This document shows, piece by piece, positions 62,810-64,000 of a stretch of 64,000 nucleotides of DNA. How positions within the stretch are numbered: position 1 is the first letter of the stretch; every line of letters starts with the position of its first letter. The translations under genes and the position numbers were made by a program. This stretch comes from Mytilus trossulus (lineage: Eukaryota): positions 18,352,001-18,416,000 of the forward strand of contig NC_086381.1 of NCBI RefSeq assembly GCF_036588685.1. The letters run 5' to 3'. Below the pieces are notes generated by a model, which was not told the origin of the DNA, made no database searches, and worked only from the letters and a program-made list of their open reading frames with translations.

Positions 62810-63350
62810 CAAATGGTGAGATTAAATCATTCCTTCGGAAATTTTACTTCCGCCATCAAGAGTTTGTTAACCGTTATGGAATAACCATTTTACAGATGAT
62901 TCGGATATGGAACTTTGGTCCTCAATGCTCTTCAACTTCGTACTTTATTTGGCCTTTTTATTTTTTTTAATTCGAGCGTCACTGATGAGTCTTTTGTAGA
63001 CTAAACGCGCGTCTGGCGTATATACTAAATTTAGTCCTGGTATCAATGATGAGTTTATTTCATTATATTCTTACAACCCCCTGCCCATTTTACGAATGTG
63101 ATCAACCGAATAGACTATTTACAGGGTTTGTAATAACATGAGCAATATGATGGGTACAACCTGTGGAGCAGAATCTACATTCTCTTCCGGAGCACCTGAT
63201 GGGGTTGCTAAGTGTTTAGTTTTCTTTATTGTGTCTTAAGTACTATTACATTGTATTTGTCTGTTTGTCGTTTTCTCTTTTAGTCATGGCGTTGTCATTT
63301 TATTTTCGATCTATACAATTGACTGTTCACAGGGTATCTTTCGCCATTAT
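62810..63350 (+). mobile_element. Penelope-like 3' end with nested retrozyme fragment (62909-63060)
   Basis: KSFLRKFYFRHQEFVNRYGITILQM C-terminus, interrupted by a retrozyme with hammerhead 62976-63019 (GAAA->TAAA); the PLE-associated tail then resumes. Confidence 0.7.
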
Positions 63351-64000
63351 TTGATTTCCGTTTCCACAGCGAGATTTGAATTTTTGCTGGCTAGATGTCA
63401 TCACCAATTATGCTGGCACGCTTTATCACACTAGCCATTTGATAAGGGACTTTCGGTGTTGAATTTTCATCTGATTTTTTTTTCTTTCTTGTTTTGAGTA
63501 TATCTTGTTCAACTGTAGATTGATTTGTATTGGTATGCATTCCAACGTCGTCATTATCATTATATAGAGTTGTAGAAACACAGTGCGATGTCACAATCCA
63601 TTGTCGAACTTTTCATAAAGATTACAAACCTGATCATTTTATTGAACACGTGATGATGCGGGCAAAATGAAATGAAGCAAACATAAACAAGATGTAAAAT
63701 TATACATCATGTTTTTACGGGTACAGGGTATTGTATTTATCGGTTTCAAAAGTGAATAAAGGTACCAGGTTGCTACCAATGCTTTATATACTATGAACAT
63801 GGTCTTATCGTAAGAATACAGACAACTTTGTTGATCCTTATAAAATGTATACGAGGGATTTACAATACAAAATTGCTTTGCAGATTTTTTTTTCAATTAT
63901 GTAACACTTTGTCGTGTCCAGACATTATATGCTGACGACGTGAAATTTGTTGATATTGAATTCCGCAAGGTGACCTATTTTTGTCTAAAATCCACGTCAT

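Noticed and set aside
63391-63594. 67-aa minus-strand ORF as a TRPM 5' exon
   Set aside because: No convincing splice donor and it runs to a stop; more likely a transposon remnant.

Overview
AT-rich, intron-rich eukaryotic DNA. The repeat families and gene types point to a bivalve mollusc, most likely a mussel (Mytilus-like); this is inference. By hand I reconstructed three genes. (1) A complete 9-exon plus-strand gene (1076-11824) for a 286-aa secreted vitelline-envelope-type ZP-module protein that stops right after the ZP-C cysteines. (2) An intronless TATA-driven 148-aa orphan gene (17093-17539). (3) At least 26 exons of a minus-strand, divergent TRPM-like cation channel (62347->28915; 5' end outside the window). 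The rest is repeats: tRNA-derived SINEs, decayed Penelope-like retroelements, a deleted Gypsy LTR element with an extra zinc-finger ORF, hairpin-bearing non-autonomous elements, a HINE, a MITE and several mini/satellites. The most notable system is about 11 insertions of non-LTR retrozymes carrying about 16 minimal type I hammerhead ribozyme motifs. They form two families whose stems co-vary, and both share a second conserved structured RNA module. One intact hammerhead copy appears to sit, in sense orientation and in frame, inside a coding exon of the TRPM-like gene. All exon models are manual and lack transcript support.
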